The notes under the pieces were generated by a model. That model did no database searches, was not told the origin of the DNA, and saw nothing but the letters and a program-made list of their open reading frames with translations. Both the position numbers and the translations under genes were made by a program. 39,099 nt of DNA from assembly GCA_002633005.1 (NCBI GenBank), contig NMRA01001216.1, positions 1 to 39,099 on the forward strand, in the 5' to 3' direction. Positions 25,001-33,495 of this stretch are shown one piece after another; positions within the stretch are counted from its first letter, which is position 1; each line of letters begins with the position of its first letter. The stretch comes from Phoronis australis. Taxonomy: Eukaryota > Animalia > Phoronida.

Positions 25001-26181
25001 CCAGTGAATCTTCAGTTCTCTTCGTGTTTTGTCCATATAAGATCGAAGGACAGGATAACTCTGGGTAGTATATTTCTTTCTTCTTGTCCCATTTAACCAA
25101 CACATTCGAAGGCTTGATGTCGCCGTGTACTACAGAAAAAAAAAATCATTTGTAAAACGCGTAACATGGATGTTGTTGTATGCAGGAAATATCGCACATA
25201 CAAGGGCTCTTCGGAATTTCAATTCTTAGCACACGTGTCTATTGTTTGAGCGCTTTTGTCCTTTTAGTCTTGACCTTGAAAATGAACAGATGCATGTTTG
25301 GACATTCAGAATAGCTCTGTTGTTGTTGAAATATGTACATGTATGTGATGCTATTCTGTTTCATTGCGACCGGAGAGTGGCTTTAGGAATCAAACTCCGA
25401 TCAAAAATCTTAATTTGTCGTCTTGAACGCAAAGAACCTAAGGTTGTGCACGATAGATCTTGTCATATTCGGACACTACCTGCTTAAAGCAGGCACTTTT
25501 GCAAAATAATAGAAATAACACAATGGTGGACTCCAGTACATGCACAGAAACTGAAAGATTTCTTTGATCAATGCACGTATGTATTATTAGTTTCCCAAAC
25601 TAATAAACTAATTGAAAGACAGATATAGAAATATGCAAATTATAAAATAATAACAATAACAATAACGAAAACGATATCAGTATCAATAATGACAATGCAT
25701 TTTTCAAACTGCTTATTCAATACCATACGTTGTTTTACTATTTACGTCACATTATATTATTTTTCATTTATAAAAAATATGGCCAAAGCCACATCCTCAC
25801 TTGCTTCAATACACAAATTGCGCGTACAGTGATAACGGATCGATTTATATTCGTAACACAATATTGAGAAAATAGGACGGAGAAAACAATGCCAGTCCTA
25901 CCTATGTGGCCGTCATGCATCTTGGAAATTGATTCGATCAATTCTTTCAAAAACTCTGTGTACTCAAAGTCCCTGAATGTTTCTAAAGTAGCTGCATACA
26001 TCTGTAAGAAAAGGAAAATGAGTAGCTAATTTTGAGGTTAAGTAAAGCACAGACGACGTTTTCATTATAAATTTAATATAAAAAATAATCGAATATTTTT
26101 GTCTCACTTTAAATGATTTTGACAACAGGCCTTGCTCAAAAGTTTGTAAAGTTAAAACCGACACCAAATAGTTACACGTAA
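6824..26181 (-). CDS. Spliced gene, 5' end unresolved: IRE1/RNase L-family (pseudo)kinase + KEN ribonuclease protein. Exons 26181-26108 (probable), 26001-25902, 25129-25002, 18026-17927, 16689-16556, 9494-9368, 7755-7616, 7012-6824
   Basis: Manual splicing at GT-AG sites gives matching phases at every junction; exons from 26001 down total 918 nt = 305 aa + TGA. Motifs appear in canonical order: MYAATL, IVHGDIKPSNVLV, DDIFAVGKVILEL, ANDLVRKM..PKERPCAKEVLKHPLFW, FVGWQTKL, YSSVTALLRLIRNKATHF, FFKYFTQLFPGLALHIY. Confidence 0.9.
7165..7262 (-). pseudogene. Decayed tandem paralog of the KEN terminal exon (ASNS*VSFGRFFKYLTQSLHVADHI)
   Basis: FFKYLTQ...A.HI aligns with FFKYFTQLFPGLALHI at both protein and DNA level. 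Has a stop, deletions and an acceptor reading ac. Confidence 0.65.
7522..7870. repeat. ~65 bp imperfect direct repeat (7522-7589 and 7805-7870) flanking KEN exon 2
   Basis: cacatcaaRgataatttccata...ccaggtaca...tttcctaatt occurs twice about 283 bp apart. Confidence 0.9.
7616..7755 (-). CDS. KEN exon 2 with catalytic Y/R/N (DNYCKEENQTESNKKKNKGKKKTDLRIVDILNCYSSVTALLRLIRNK)
   Basis: Acceptor ctttctgggtacag; donor aag|gtatag; 140 nt, phase 1 to 0. SVxxLLRxIRNK KEN motif. Confidence 0.92.
7910..8028 (-). pseudogene. Decayed tandem paralog of KEN exon 2 (xYFEKHERRKTQVELQREVHLGNC*SSYEVTEPLRFMHNL)
   Basis: Same phase (1 to 0) and similar donor (gtataa vs gtatag). NC*SS..VT..LR...N aligns with NCYSSVTALLRLIRN. 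Acceptor reads caa instead of cag. The adjoining intron is duplicated too (7805-7870 vs 7522-7589). Confidence 0.8.
9368..9494 (-). CDS. KEN exon 1 (KVSENVNGDAENHISASEKINSGKDANHFVGWQTKLCKALEN)
   Basis: Acceptor ttttcctttgcag; donor g|gtaggt; 127 nt, phase 0 to 1. FVGWQTKL resembles RNase L FDKWTTKI. Confidence 0.88.
10782..13259. mobile_element. Putative ~2.5 kb non-autonomous DNA transposon
   Basis: Left agacctggcgcacgc matches the reverse complement of the right end (agaccgggcgcgcgc) at 13/15. CpG-rich subtermini; no intact ORF; no clear TSD. Confidence 0.4.
12521..12550. repeat. (AAT)n microsatellite
   Basis: aataataataataagtaataataataataa. Confidence 0.9.
14814..14935 (+). mobile_element. 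Decayed tRNA-derived SINE head
   Basis: A-box-like gaggccttgggg and B-box-like gattcaaatc at tRNA spacing; does not fold into a clean cloverleaf. Confidence 0.45.
16556..16689 (-). CDS. Exon, kinase subdomain XI and start of KEN (SHELACANDLVRKMTQESPKERPCAKEVLKHPLFWTEKDQLKFLT)
   Basis: Acceptor ctaatttttgtag; donor acg|gtttgt; 134 nt, phase 1 to 0. RP.A.EVLKHP.FW is the IRE1/RNase L kinase-KEN junction signature. Confidence 0.93.
17927..18026 (-). CDS. Exon, kinase subdomain IX (TSSDDIFAVGKVILELYFATKEPDVLRHPYEES)
   Basis: Acceptor ttctctgctctcttccag; donor a|gtgagt; 100 nt, phase 0 to 1. DIFxxG motif. Confidence 0.9.
18763..18924. mobile_element. Small MITE related in termini to 107-422
   Basis: cagggtcagatcc ... 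aaattcgccacat, flanked by agaat on both sides; G/C-run interior. Confidence 0.5.
19540..21600 (-). mobile_element. Decayed Penelope-like retroelement: N-terminal region + RT + GIY-YIG endonuclease + 3' pLTR remnant
   Basis: VVNKSS*KLT...LLSKGLNYA; RT ORF 19924-21225 with MVSFDVEGLFTSVP, GMAMGSPLSPVLANLYME, RYVYDTF (YVDD mutated) and LPFLDVLV. Frameshifted GIY-YIG NVIYETLCECGESYIGDT.RPLETRIAEH...KIKEAIYM at about 19676-19985. Confidence 0.93.
19575..19620 (-). ncRNA. Degenerate Penelope-type minimal hammerhead ribozyme motif
   Basis: Minus strand ctgacaat-ggccacagaatataccgact-gaaacgtc lies just 3' of the GIY-YIG, where PLE hammerheads sit. The CUGANGA core carries a G-to-A change. Confidence 0.5.
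21620..22052 (-). mobile_element. Ty3/Gypsy gag relic with PBS-like sequence
   Basis: GNLQVFD...WSTYVER..QYF.LN...MGQDAY.IL, HFEP...ISERF.F, Q...E.VTDFIDDLRRL..HC.Y across frameshifts; ttggcgatga at the start resembles a Gypsy PBS. Confidence 0.8.
22244..22520 (-). pseudogene. Cys-rich P2X7 C-terminal (ballast)/Kolobok KolX-like domain relic
   Basis: LSW*K*ANCMIMETTDACVCCHEIP...KCFTDHPEFAQHLNRGVL matches the WCxCxxCxxMxTxxExxCCxE...CxTxHxxF...LNxxVL pattern, with two Cys positions now stops. Confidence 0.7.
22732..22912 (+). repeat. Dispersed repeat, copy 1 (copy 2 at 38932-39099)
   Basis: Colinear blocks tattctcaccctaa, tgtctcattaga, tgcaaatg, aagccagcaatgaataaat, aaactaattgac.ggacaccgaggccg. 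Confidence 0.9.
25002..25129 (-). CDS. Exon, catalytic loop VIb and degenerate VII (VHGDIKPSNVLVKWDKKKEIYYPELSCPSILYGQNTKRTEDSL)
   Basis: Acceptor ttttttttttctgtag; donor ctg|gtaggg; 128 nt, phase 1 to 0. HxDxKPxN motif present; no DFG. Confidence 0.92.
25902..26001 (-). CDS. Exon, kinase subdomains V-VIa (MYAATLETFRDFEYTEFLKELIESISKMHDGHI)
   Basis: Strong acceptor ttttccttttcttacag; donor g|gtagga; 100 nt, phase 0 to 1. Resembles IRE1 LCAATL...LAHLHSLNI. Confidence 0.9.
26108..26181 (-). CDS. Probable exon, kinase subdomains IV-V (xTCNYLVSVLTLQTFEQGLLSKSFK)
   Basis: aacag acceptor with a weak pyrimidine tract; aaa|gtgaga donor; phase 1 to 0, in frame with MYAATL. Spacing from YLV to MY fits the HPNVI...ELC segment of IRE1-type kinases. 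Confidence 0.6.
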
Positions 26182-27290
26182 CTGTTAATTTATTTTAAGT
26201 TAATTTCAAATCCCTATTTACTGGCCTCCATTCTAACTCGTATATTAAAAAACCTGGCTTTGCTAACTACTGAAAGTTAATATTTTATGAAAGAAAATGT
26301 ATTTTGTAGTCCCAATATTAATACTGCAAGAACACTTTTTAAGTCAAAACTTCATTCTAAGAAAGATTAATTCATAGCAAAACATCCCCTCGGTCGATTT
26401 AAAAGAAAACTTTTTGATGAAAACTTCTGTCACCAGTTGCCTCAAAAACGTTGTTGGGGTGGGGGGCTGAGTACATGATTTTAATTCTTTATCAGCCTGT
26501 GGAATACTAATACGTCGCAGAAGGCTTAAATTTCGGATTCAATAAATGATCAACTGATTTTATTAAAATGAAAACAGTCGATGTCATGAGGAAAATCATA
26601 AATCATGTTGGTGCAATTTGACCTACATGTAAGTGCAAGTCGAGTTGAATATGGACGGACCGGAACGACCCCCATTTGAGGAGGGGCATGTTTTCCTAAG
26701 TTTACAGCTTAAGTTTATCAATTAAGTATTGCAGTCGCCTGTTCTGCTATTACGGCGCATGATATGTTGTGAGAATTTACATGACTTTCCTTTTCCCGGA
26801 AGAAACTTGCTTTGAAGCTCACTCTAATATCTCTGGAATGTCAGCCAATTAATACCAATTTTTAATTTTATTAAGACTACGTGGGGCTGCTCATGAAGAC
26901 CATAACAGTATCTTTATGTTCACACTTTAAATGGGTTATATCTGGAATTTGATAAAGCTTTAACACACTGCTTTGTTTGTTCATATCTCCACATTGACAT
27001 TAGGTCTCTATCAGCTAGGTGGAGCACTTGGAAGAGCAAGTGGACATCCAAAACACAAACATCAGAACAAATCACCCACAGTGGTGGTATCGGGCTTTCT
27101 ACACCCAAACTGGTAGACTTTATATTTTTCATTGTTTGGTTAAAAAATAATTGTGCCAATATAAAACTTCTTGGTTCTGATGAGTTTCAAAATGTAGAAG
27201 CAAAAGTATGTGCGATAACAAAACTAAGATCTATCCCTGGTAGTGCCTGTTGAGTCTCCATGTAACATTACTAAGGGAACACTTCAGGGC

Positions 27291-27436
27291 CAGTGCTGTA
27301 GTGGTAAAGTTAGAGATAAGTAGGCGCCCAATGCCCACCGTATCACCTTGAGCACTGAACGTAACTTAGGAGGTGTAGGCGCTACGTTAAAATGCCAAAA
27401 GGTGGTTGGCTGCGCCTACGCCCCACTACAGCACTG
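27291..27436. mobile_element. hAT-type MITE, copy A
   Basis: 14 bp TIR cagtgctgtagtgg / ccactacagcactg; 8 bp TSD ttcagggc / tttagggc (1 mismatch). Confidence 0.85.
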
Positions 27437-27775
27437 TTTAGGGCTGTGCTCAAGATTGCTAGTTAGAAATGCAACTAGCATTGCCTTATCAGACCGACCA
27501 CATAAACAAAGTAAAGTTGAAAAAAGTAATAGGGATTCGAGTTCATCGTACATGCAGTTGCCTACAGTTTCATCACTCGATCATTATATCCCTTAGGTTT
27601 AGATGGTCATACAGATTGAAATAAAAAGTGACAAAATATGTTATCTGGTTAGCATGAAGTCTAACTTTTTTATTAAATAGTTATATGCACGATTTACTCT
27701 AGCTTGAGATTGGATGGTAGGTTACCATGTGCATATTTTGTACTCATATAGAATGAATTTGTTTTGAATGTCTTA

Positions 27776-27918
27776 CAATGATGTAGTGGTAAAATTAGAG
27801 GTAAGAAGGCGCCCAAAGCCCATCGCATCACCTTGAGCACTGAACGTAACTTACGGTGAAAAAATGCCAAAAGGTGGTTGGCTGCACCTACGTACGCCTA
27901 CGCCTCACTACAGCTTTG
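27776..27918. mobile_element. hAT-type MITE, copy B of the same family
   Basis: Interior homologous to copy A; degenerate TIRs; perfect 8 bp TSD atgtctta. Confidence 0.85.
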
Positions 27919-29378
27919 ATGTCTTAGCAGTGAACCCAGGGTTAAAACTCCATTCAAAACAACTGGAAAACTGACCAATTACATCGTATTCTTGGAGTGA
28001 ACTTGAACATTTATACTTGAATCCTGGAGAGTGGTTGATTAGGTTTCCTGTCTGATTTCAGGGACTTTGTTTATACGTCACAAAGAGCGTATAAGTTTTA
28101 CAAGTTAATGTTGTATAAACAGCACAATAAATATCCAGCAAGTTAATTTGGCTTGTACTGATGGCTGTTACCGATATGTTGTTAAATGTTGGTGTCTTTA
28201 TTTCAGCGTATGGCTTTACCCAGCATTGTATAAGGGCGGCTATCTAGACAAAATAACGTGCGCACTTATGAACTGTAGCTCCCGAACCTATGAATTCAGT
28301 TATTTGGGGTCAAGAACTTGGTCTTGCGAGCAGATGCAGCCAGAGAAGATTAAATGGCTTGTGGTGAAGCATAGATACAGTGTATACGTACGTGTGTAAT
28401 GTAGCTTGAAATTAAAGGAAAGTGAATAGCTTGTATTACAAGTCACCGTCTTCTAATTTCCACCTCGTGTAACCAGATTGTACCTAGTAGTACTTTTGCT
28501 GAAACCTGTTCGAGTCATTGAGAGTACAGGATTTATTGTTACTACGTGTGTCAGAAAATCAAACTCTGACTTTAAATTTATATTTTGAAAAGTCAAAAAT
28601 CATGATAGGTGTTCTGGGCACTGTTTCTAACCTAAGGATTGCGTGGAAAATGTACCAGAGTTTCCAAAAAATCACATCTGTGACCCCTACTTATAAAGTT
28701 TCATTTACCTTTTCTACATTATACAGGTACTTTATGCTCTTGTCTTTACACGTTTTGGAGATATTGGTCGCTTTTGCATGTCACGTGATTTTCTTATTTC
28801 TAATATCATTGCTGTAAGCTTAATAGAAAATGTCCGTGCTGATGAAGCACGGTCTTCTATTGTAGTCCTCCCTGGACTTGTTATCGTTTTTTCTTTCTTT
28901 TGGTGTGTTGCATGATTTGGTAATTAGGATTTTCGCTGTATATACATTCCATTTCAATACCTCAATCTCAAATATTGTCTGAGGCTGAGAAAGATGTGTG
29001 TATGAATACATTTTAGTCTGATTTAGTTTTAACTACAATGTATTTTTACCTAGTTTATTGCGAAGCGTTCTCGAGATATTTTTTTTAGGGTTTACGAGTC
29101 AGCAACCTAATATTAACCACGGTTATGTTCCTTGGATATCAAAACAGACAAAATGATATTGGCTAATATTAATCGGATATCTTCAAAAAAAAGTTTCACG
29201 CAGATGTCAATTCCAGAATTCCAAAAGATAAAGAAAAGAATAGTTTTAGTCGAAAGTAGTATTTTAATGCACTTATGTATTTGCTACTGGGACAACAGCC
29301 CTGTTCCAAACAACAATTATCGATGGATTTTTAATCACATCAGTTTTTGGCAAAAGTACGATTAGAGAACGGACAATT

Positions 29379-29520
29379 GCCGCACAAAAAAGTTCATGTT
29401 ATCTCGAAGTTTCGTCTCCTCAACAAGACATCATATCTTGTCCATCTGACACATACCCTGATGACGTCTTGTTGAATAGATGAAACGTTGAGTTAACATT
29501 AACTTCTTTATTTGTGCGGC
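29379..29520. mobile_element. Palindromic Penelope pLTR-like element with a hammerhead-type core
   Basis: Arms 29379-29434 and 29461-29520 are imperfect inverted copies. The plus strand carries ctgatga-cgtct-tgttgaat-agat-gaaac (29458-29486); the minus arm carries a truncated copy. Confidence 0.7.
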
Positions 29521-29856
29521 GATGGATTCTGTCTACGGTGAACTGAGTACACATTTGTCGATGAGGTACACAGCGGTACAGGCGAAGTTTTTAACGTGAA
29601 TTATGTTCACCAAACTTCCAAATGAATGATGTTAGTCACACACTGTAATATGCTGTTCCTAAAAAAATCAACAAATTGAAGGAAAAATACAATCATTTTG
29701 CATAATCTATAACAATAACGAGAACAATGCCAATATCGCTTATAACAATAACAATATATTTCTTCTTAATACCTGTACGCTCCTTTACTATCTAGGTCGT
29801 CTTATTTAATTATTCGGGACACATCGCGTTTCTTAAATCAACACGATATGCTTACA

Positions 29857-30305
29857 TTAAAGGCGAAGGCAACCTTTTTTCATGTCATTTTTAGCAAAAA
29901 TAAGGTTCGTTGATTATCTCAGACATATTTTCCACTTACTTACTGCTTTTCGTAATTCAATTAATTACTCGTCGTATACTCTGGAAGTGACGTTTTGGGA
30001 GGCAAAAATTTCGCGCCAATTTCTTTTCATATAGTCTGACTGTGAGAGCAGTCGAGTCAGTCATTGTTCTACCTCGGTTGTGGTTAGTTCGGTCGTCGTT
30101 TGCTTTTGCTTACGAGTCAGTCAATATGCCACGCTGTAGCTGCGTACTGGGGTGTACTCATTATCGTCTCACGTACAAAGGAAGAACTGTCCCACTTGCC
30201 CGAGTTTCCCGCGACACACTCCCACTGGAGGGTGATCTGAGCACCCAAACTGCTTACATCCCGCCGTGTGACTCTCGTGCCACACACCTGGCACCTTCTA
30301 AATAG
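29857..30305 (+). mobile_element. Possible Kolobok-type DNA transposon 5' end with a decayed THAP-like start
   Basis: ttaa|aggcgaaggcaacc terminus; ATG at 30126 gives MPRCSCVLGCT, like a THAP CxxxxC start, with an FP..W-like motif in a shifted frame. The matching right end was not found. Confidence 0.45.
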
Positions 30306-31284
30306 CTCCAATACAAGTCATAATAAACTTATCAAACTTAGGCTCACCGATCTGTTCATTGGATGATGAACTGTCCTCTTCGCTGGGTGTCGAACTGGGC
30401 CTGTATTCACTCCCACTACTCAACATCGCTGCAGGGTTGCTTACATGATGTAATGAGTGGAAGACGTTTGGTCAATTGACAATCAACTTCAATGGCGGAA
30501 CTCATTATATCAGAATACGAGGACGATTTTGAATGAATTCAATTTCCGACTTTCCTTGGCTTTGAAGCCGTATCAATTCGATTCACTTGGACGGGAAATT
30601 ATGCAGACACATGTGAGCCACAACCAATTGAACCAAGAGGTGGTCAAATTTTATCAACGGAAGTGTCATTGACGTCACACCTCATTACGTAATAGGCTTA
30701 AGCAGACTCGTTAGAGAGGCACCTCGATGCAAGATCAAGGTCATGAGTGTAACCAGGAACGTCAATAAACCGGAAGGATGACGAGGTCGAATTGGAAATC
30801 ACATGACTGCTGGCGTGATCAGGCAGGTTAGGGCGTGGCACCGTTTCAATATCCGGACACTAAAAAGACATTTAGTATTTCGTGTTTGAAGAGTTGAACT
30901 GGTCGATACCCGAAACAAAGTAAGGATTACGCTGGTGAATAAGAACAAAGTGTGGATTACCTTATTTTGCGTGGGCCAAGCGTCGTCGTTGTAGTACGCT
31001 ATATTTTAGCAGTAAAACAGCAATTTCATTTTGGTGAACATGTCTATAAAGAAATAACTCGCGCATGGTGGTGAGTAGTGAGTCCGGTACAACACGTGAG
31101 GATGGCTGTGTAGTAGTTTTTGCTCTCAAACTCAAAAGTAGCCGTTTCAAAATGGAAGATGGACGGAAATGCAGGCAGTTGACGAAAACGGCCATTGGGC
31201 GGGGAGTAAATGACTGAGCCAGGAATTCACTTGCTTAACCTTTTCTTACTATCATGTAGCTCTTGCTTGACAGTACACATGTAC

Positions 31285-31418
31285 TTTTATCTCCTCTTTT
31301 TCGAACCACTCATTAAAGCGTTTTATGAGGCTCGGTTTCTTTTCATGAATGTTTTCATCGTTGGTTTCTACTGCTTCCCAAAACTTCCATTTCTTCATAA
31401 TTCTAAAACTTCTGAGTC
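31285..31418 (-). CDS. Candidate upstream exon of the kinase-KEN gene (GLRSFRIMKKWKFW...NEWFEKEEIK)
   Basis: ctcag acceptor; aaa|gtacat donor; open, phase 1 to 0. By-eye likeness to RNase L YRPMIGKLKFF...YEKQEV. No phase-compatible linking exon to 26181 was found. Confidence 0.35.
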
Positions 31419-33227
31419 CTGAGCATTGAGCAACACTCAACAATCCCTCTCAAAATGTTTCCCTTCTAAACAATGATGTGACCTGACTACATGAGTGTAG
31501 GTTGAGGTACACTACTGCACGTGCACAAGGTCACCAGCATCAGAAGTTTTAAAATCACACCACCAAAACAGTGATTTCGATGTTGTATGTTTCAGAAAAT
31601 CGTATAGCAAGTCATTTTTTGAAAAAAAAGGATAAATCACGTCATTTTAAATCTCCATGTCGATCCGTTATGACCACTTCGACTCGGATGGATTTTGGCT
31701 CCTTCAAACACTCCACCATGCTCTATTTTTGAAATTCGTTAACGAAAACGCGTACCAGGATTGCAAGGTTCGTGCCCTCCCCCTCGAGGTTTAGTTGGCA
31801 ATTTTGACATGAAGATGATGGTGATATTTATGCGTTCTATGACGAGAATTTCATCAAGTCAAGTTTTGCCTCATTCAGCTTTTCTGTCATTTTTATACCG
31901 TGTATGGTCGCTGGCAAAATATAATACCATCAAGATTTTAGTCTAGATGATTCCAAACTGGGTTTTTGGCCATAACAGTTATAGGAATCTGATTATGAGC
32001 GCGCAAGAGAAAACGAACATATTTGAGACGTTTCGTTTACTCAAAGTTAATGAGCCGAAACGTCAGAAATGTTTGTTTTTATTTTCTCGCTTATAATGAT
32101 TTTCAATGGTTTCCGTTATTCAGTTTCGGAAAGGTCGTCGCTTTCTCGCAAAGGTACCGATTGAATGATCAACTACGCTCTTATTCGCTCTCCGTTTTAA
32201 CGTTGATCATTGTCAATACACCTCTCAAAATCGCGCATCGTCTTCGCGCAAACTTTATTGAGATTTAAGTTTCCCGAAAAAAGTTGACGATTGGATAGTG
32301 CTTAAAAGTCTAATTCTCAATTTCTCCAGTTAGTGCACCAATGAAGTAAACAAAAGTAGTTCTGCTTGTCGCGTCAGCTGTTGGTATCATTATCTCGATG
32401 TATGACCCGCAACGCGTGACTGGAAAAAGCCTTTTCAAGTTAGTGTAGATAAGCCGGTGGAGCGTGAGACCCCTGATGTCCCAATCGAGTACTCACGACA
32501 ACTCAACGTTATGAATCTTTAAAGTACAATAATGCCATGAGTATCAAAGAGCAGGAAACCGCGAGTTCAAAGCAAACAGATTGAGCAAAATTATTTATAG
32601 TTTAGAAATTTAATTACATCATAGATAATCCCAGCATTTTCCCCAATTTGTATAACTTTCACAGACTTAGCTTCTCGTGACAATGTTTAGGGGTCTTGCA
32701 ATACTATACAAAACCTTGTACAAGTAGGTAAAGTTCAATTGTGAAATTGGCCGCCAGTTCTAAATAAATTCTTTTGGTTCATTGTATTTTGGTATGATCT
32801 AAAGAGTCAAAGAATTAAAGTTAATGTTTGGCCATCCGGGCAAGGCCTGTCTTTGCTTTCACATGTAAATATTTCAGAGTTAAATGACTTCCTTCAAGTT
32901 AAGTTTTTTATGTTCGGCTCCGTAAATTTGGTTAGATTTAGGCAAAGAACTGCTAACTTCATCAGCGTGCGATTTGAGCATATTCTAGTGGAAAGCAATT
33001 CCTGGCATGGAAGGACGACAGGCTCTCAGAAACATAAAATGGCTTAAGTCTTAAAACAATTTTAATCTGATCATATCATCTTTCATGAACATCGTTACAT
33101 GAAGTTCATATGGAGAATTTCTTGCTTACACTGGTCACCGCTCTGAGTCCCAAAGCCCCAGACAACTTTTCACAATCCATATTCAACAAAGGGCGCCCTT
33201 TGTATCGAAGTAGATCTGGGCCCGGTC

Positions 33228-33495
33228 TCTAATTTCCGTACTCTGACTCGAATCATGCTCAAACTCACACTTCATACTCAACTTGAGTACAGACTCAGCT
33301 TTGGTGTATTCAATGTCATACTCGAAAAATCTGTACTCGAAATTTCGAGCACGTACTCAGTTTTCGAGTGTACTCGAACTGAAGTGTATCTCATCTATAT
33401 TTCGAGTACGATTTTGAGTAAAAATTCGGAGTCTGTGCTCAAATTTCAAGTTTGGTATGGCAGCGTGCTTGAAATCGTACTCGAAAATAAATACG
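33228..33495. repeat. Cluster of tactcga/tcgagta motifs in both orientations (MITE-like)
   Basis: Repeated tactcgaa, ttcgagta and ttgagta units form multiple local palindromes. Confidence 0.7.

Noticed and set aside
26345-26430. EVFIKKFSFKSTEGMFCYELIFLRM as kinase subdomains II-III
   Set aside because: No phase-compatible donor before a stop; context looks like a low-complexity MITE interior.
28447-28505. VSAKVLLGTIWLHEVEIRR as subdomains II-III
   Set aside because: Ends in phase 2, incompatible with the phase-1 exon at 26181; weak acceptor.
33228-33495. CRISPR-like array
   Set aside because: Repeats are short, irregular and bidirectional, with no constant repeat-spacer period; eukaryotic context and no cas genes.
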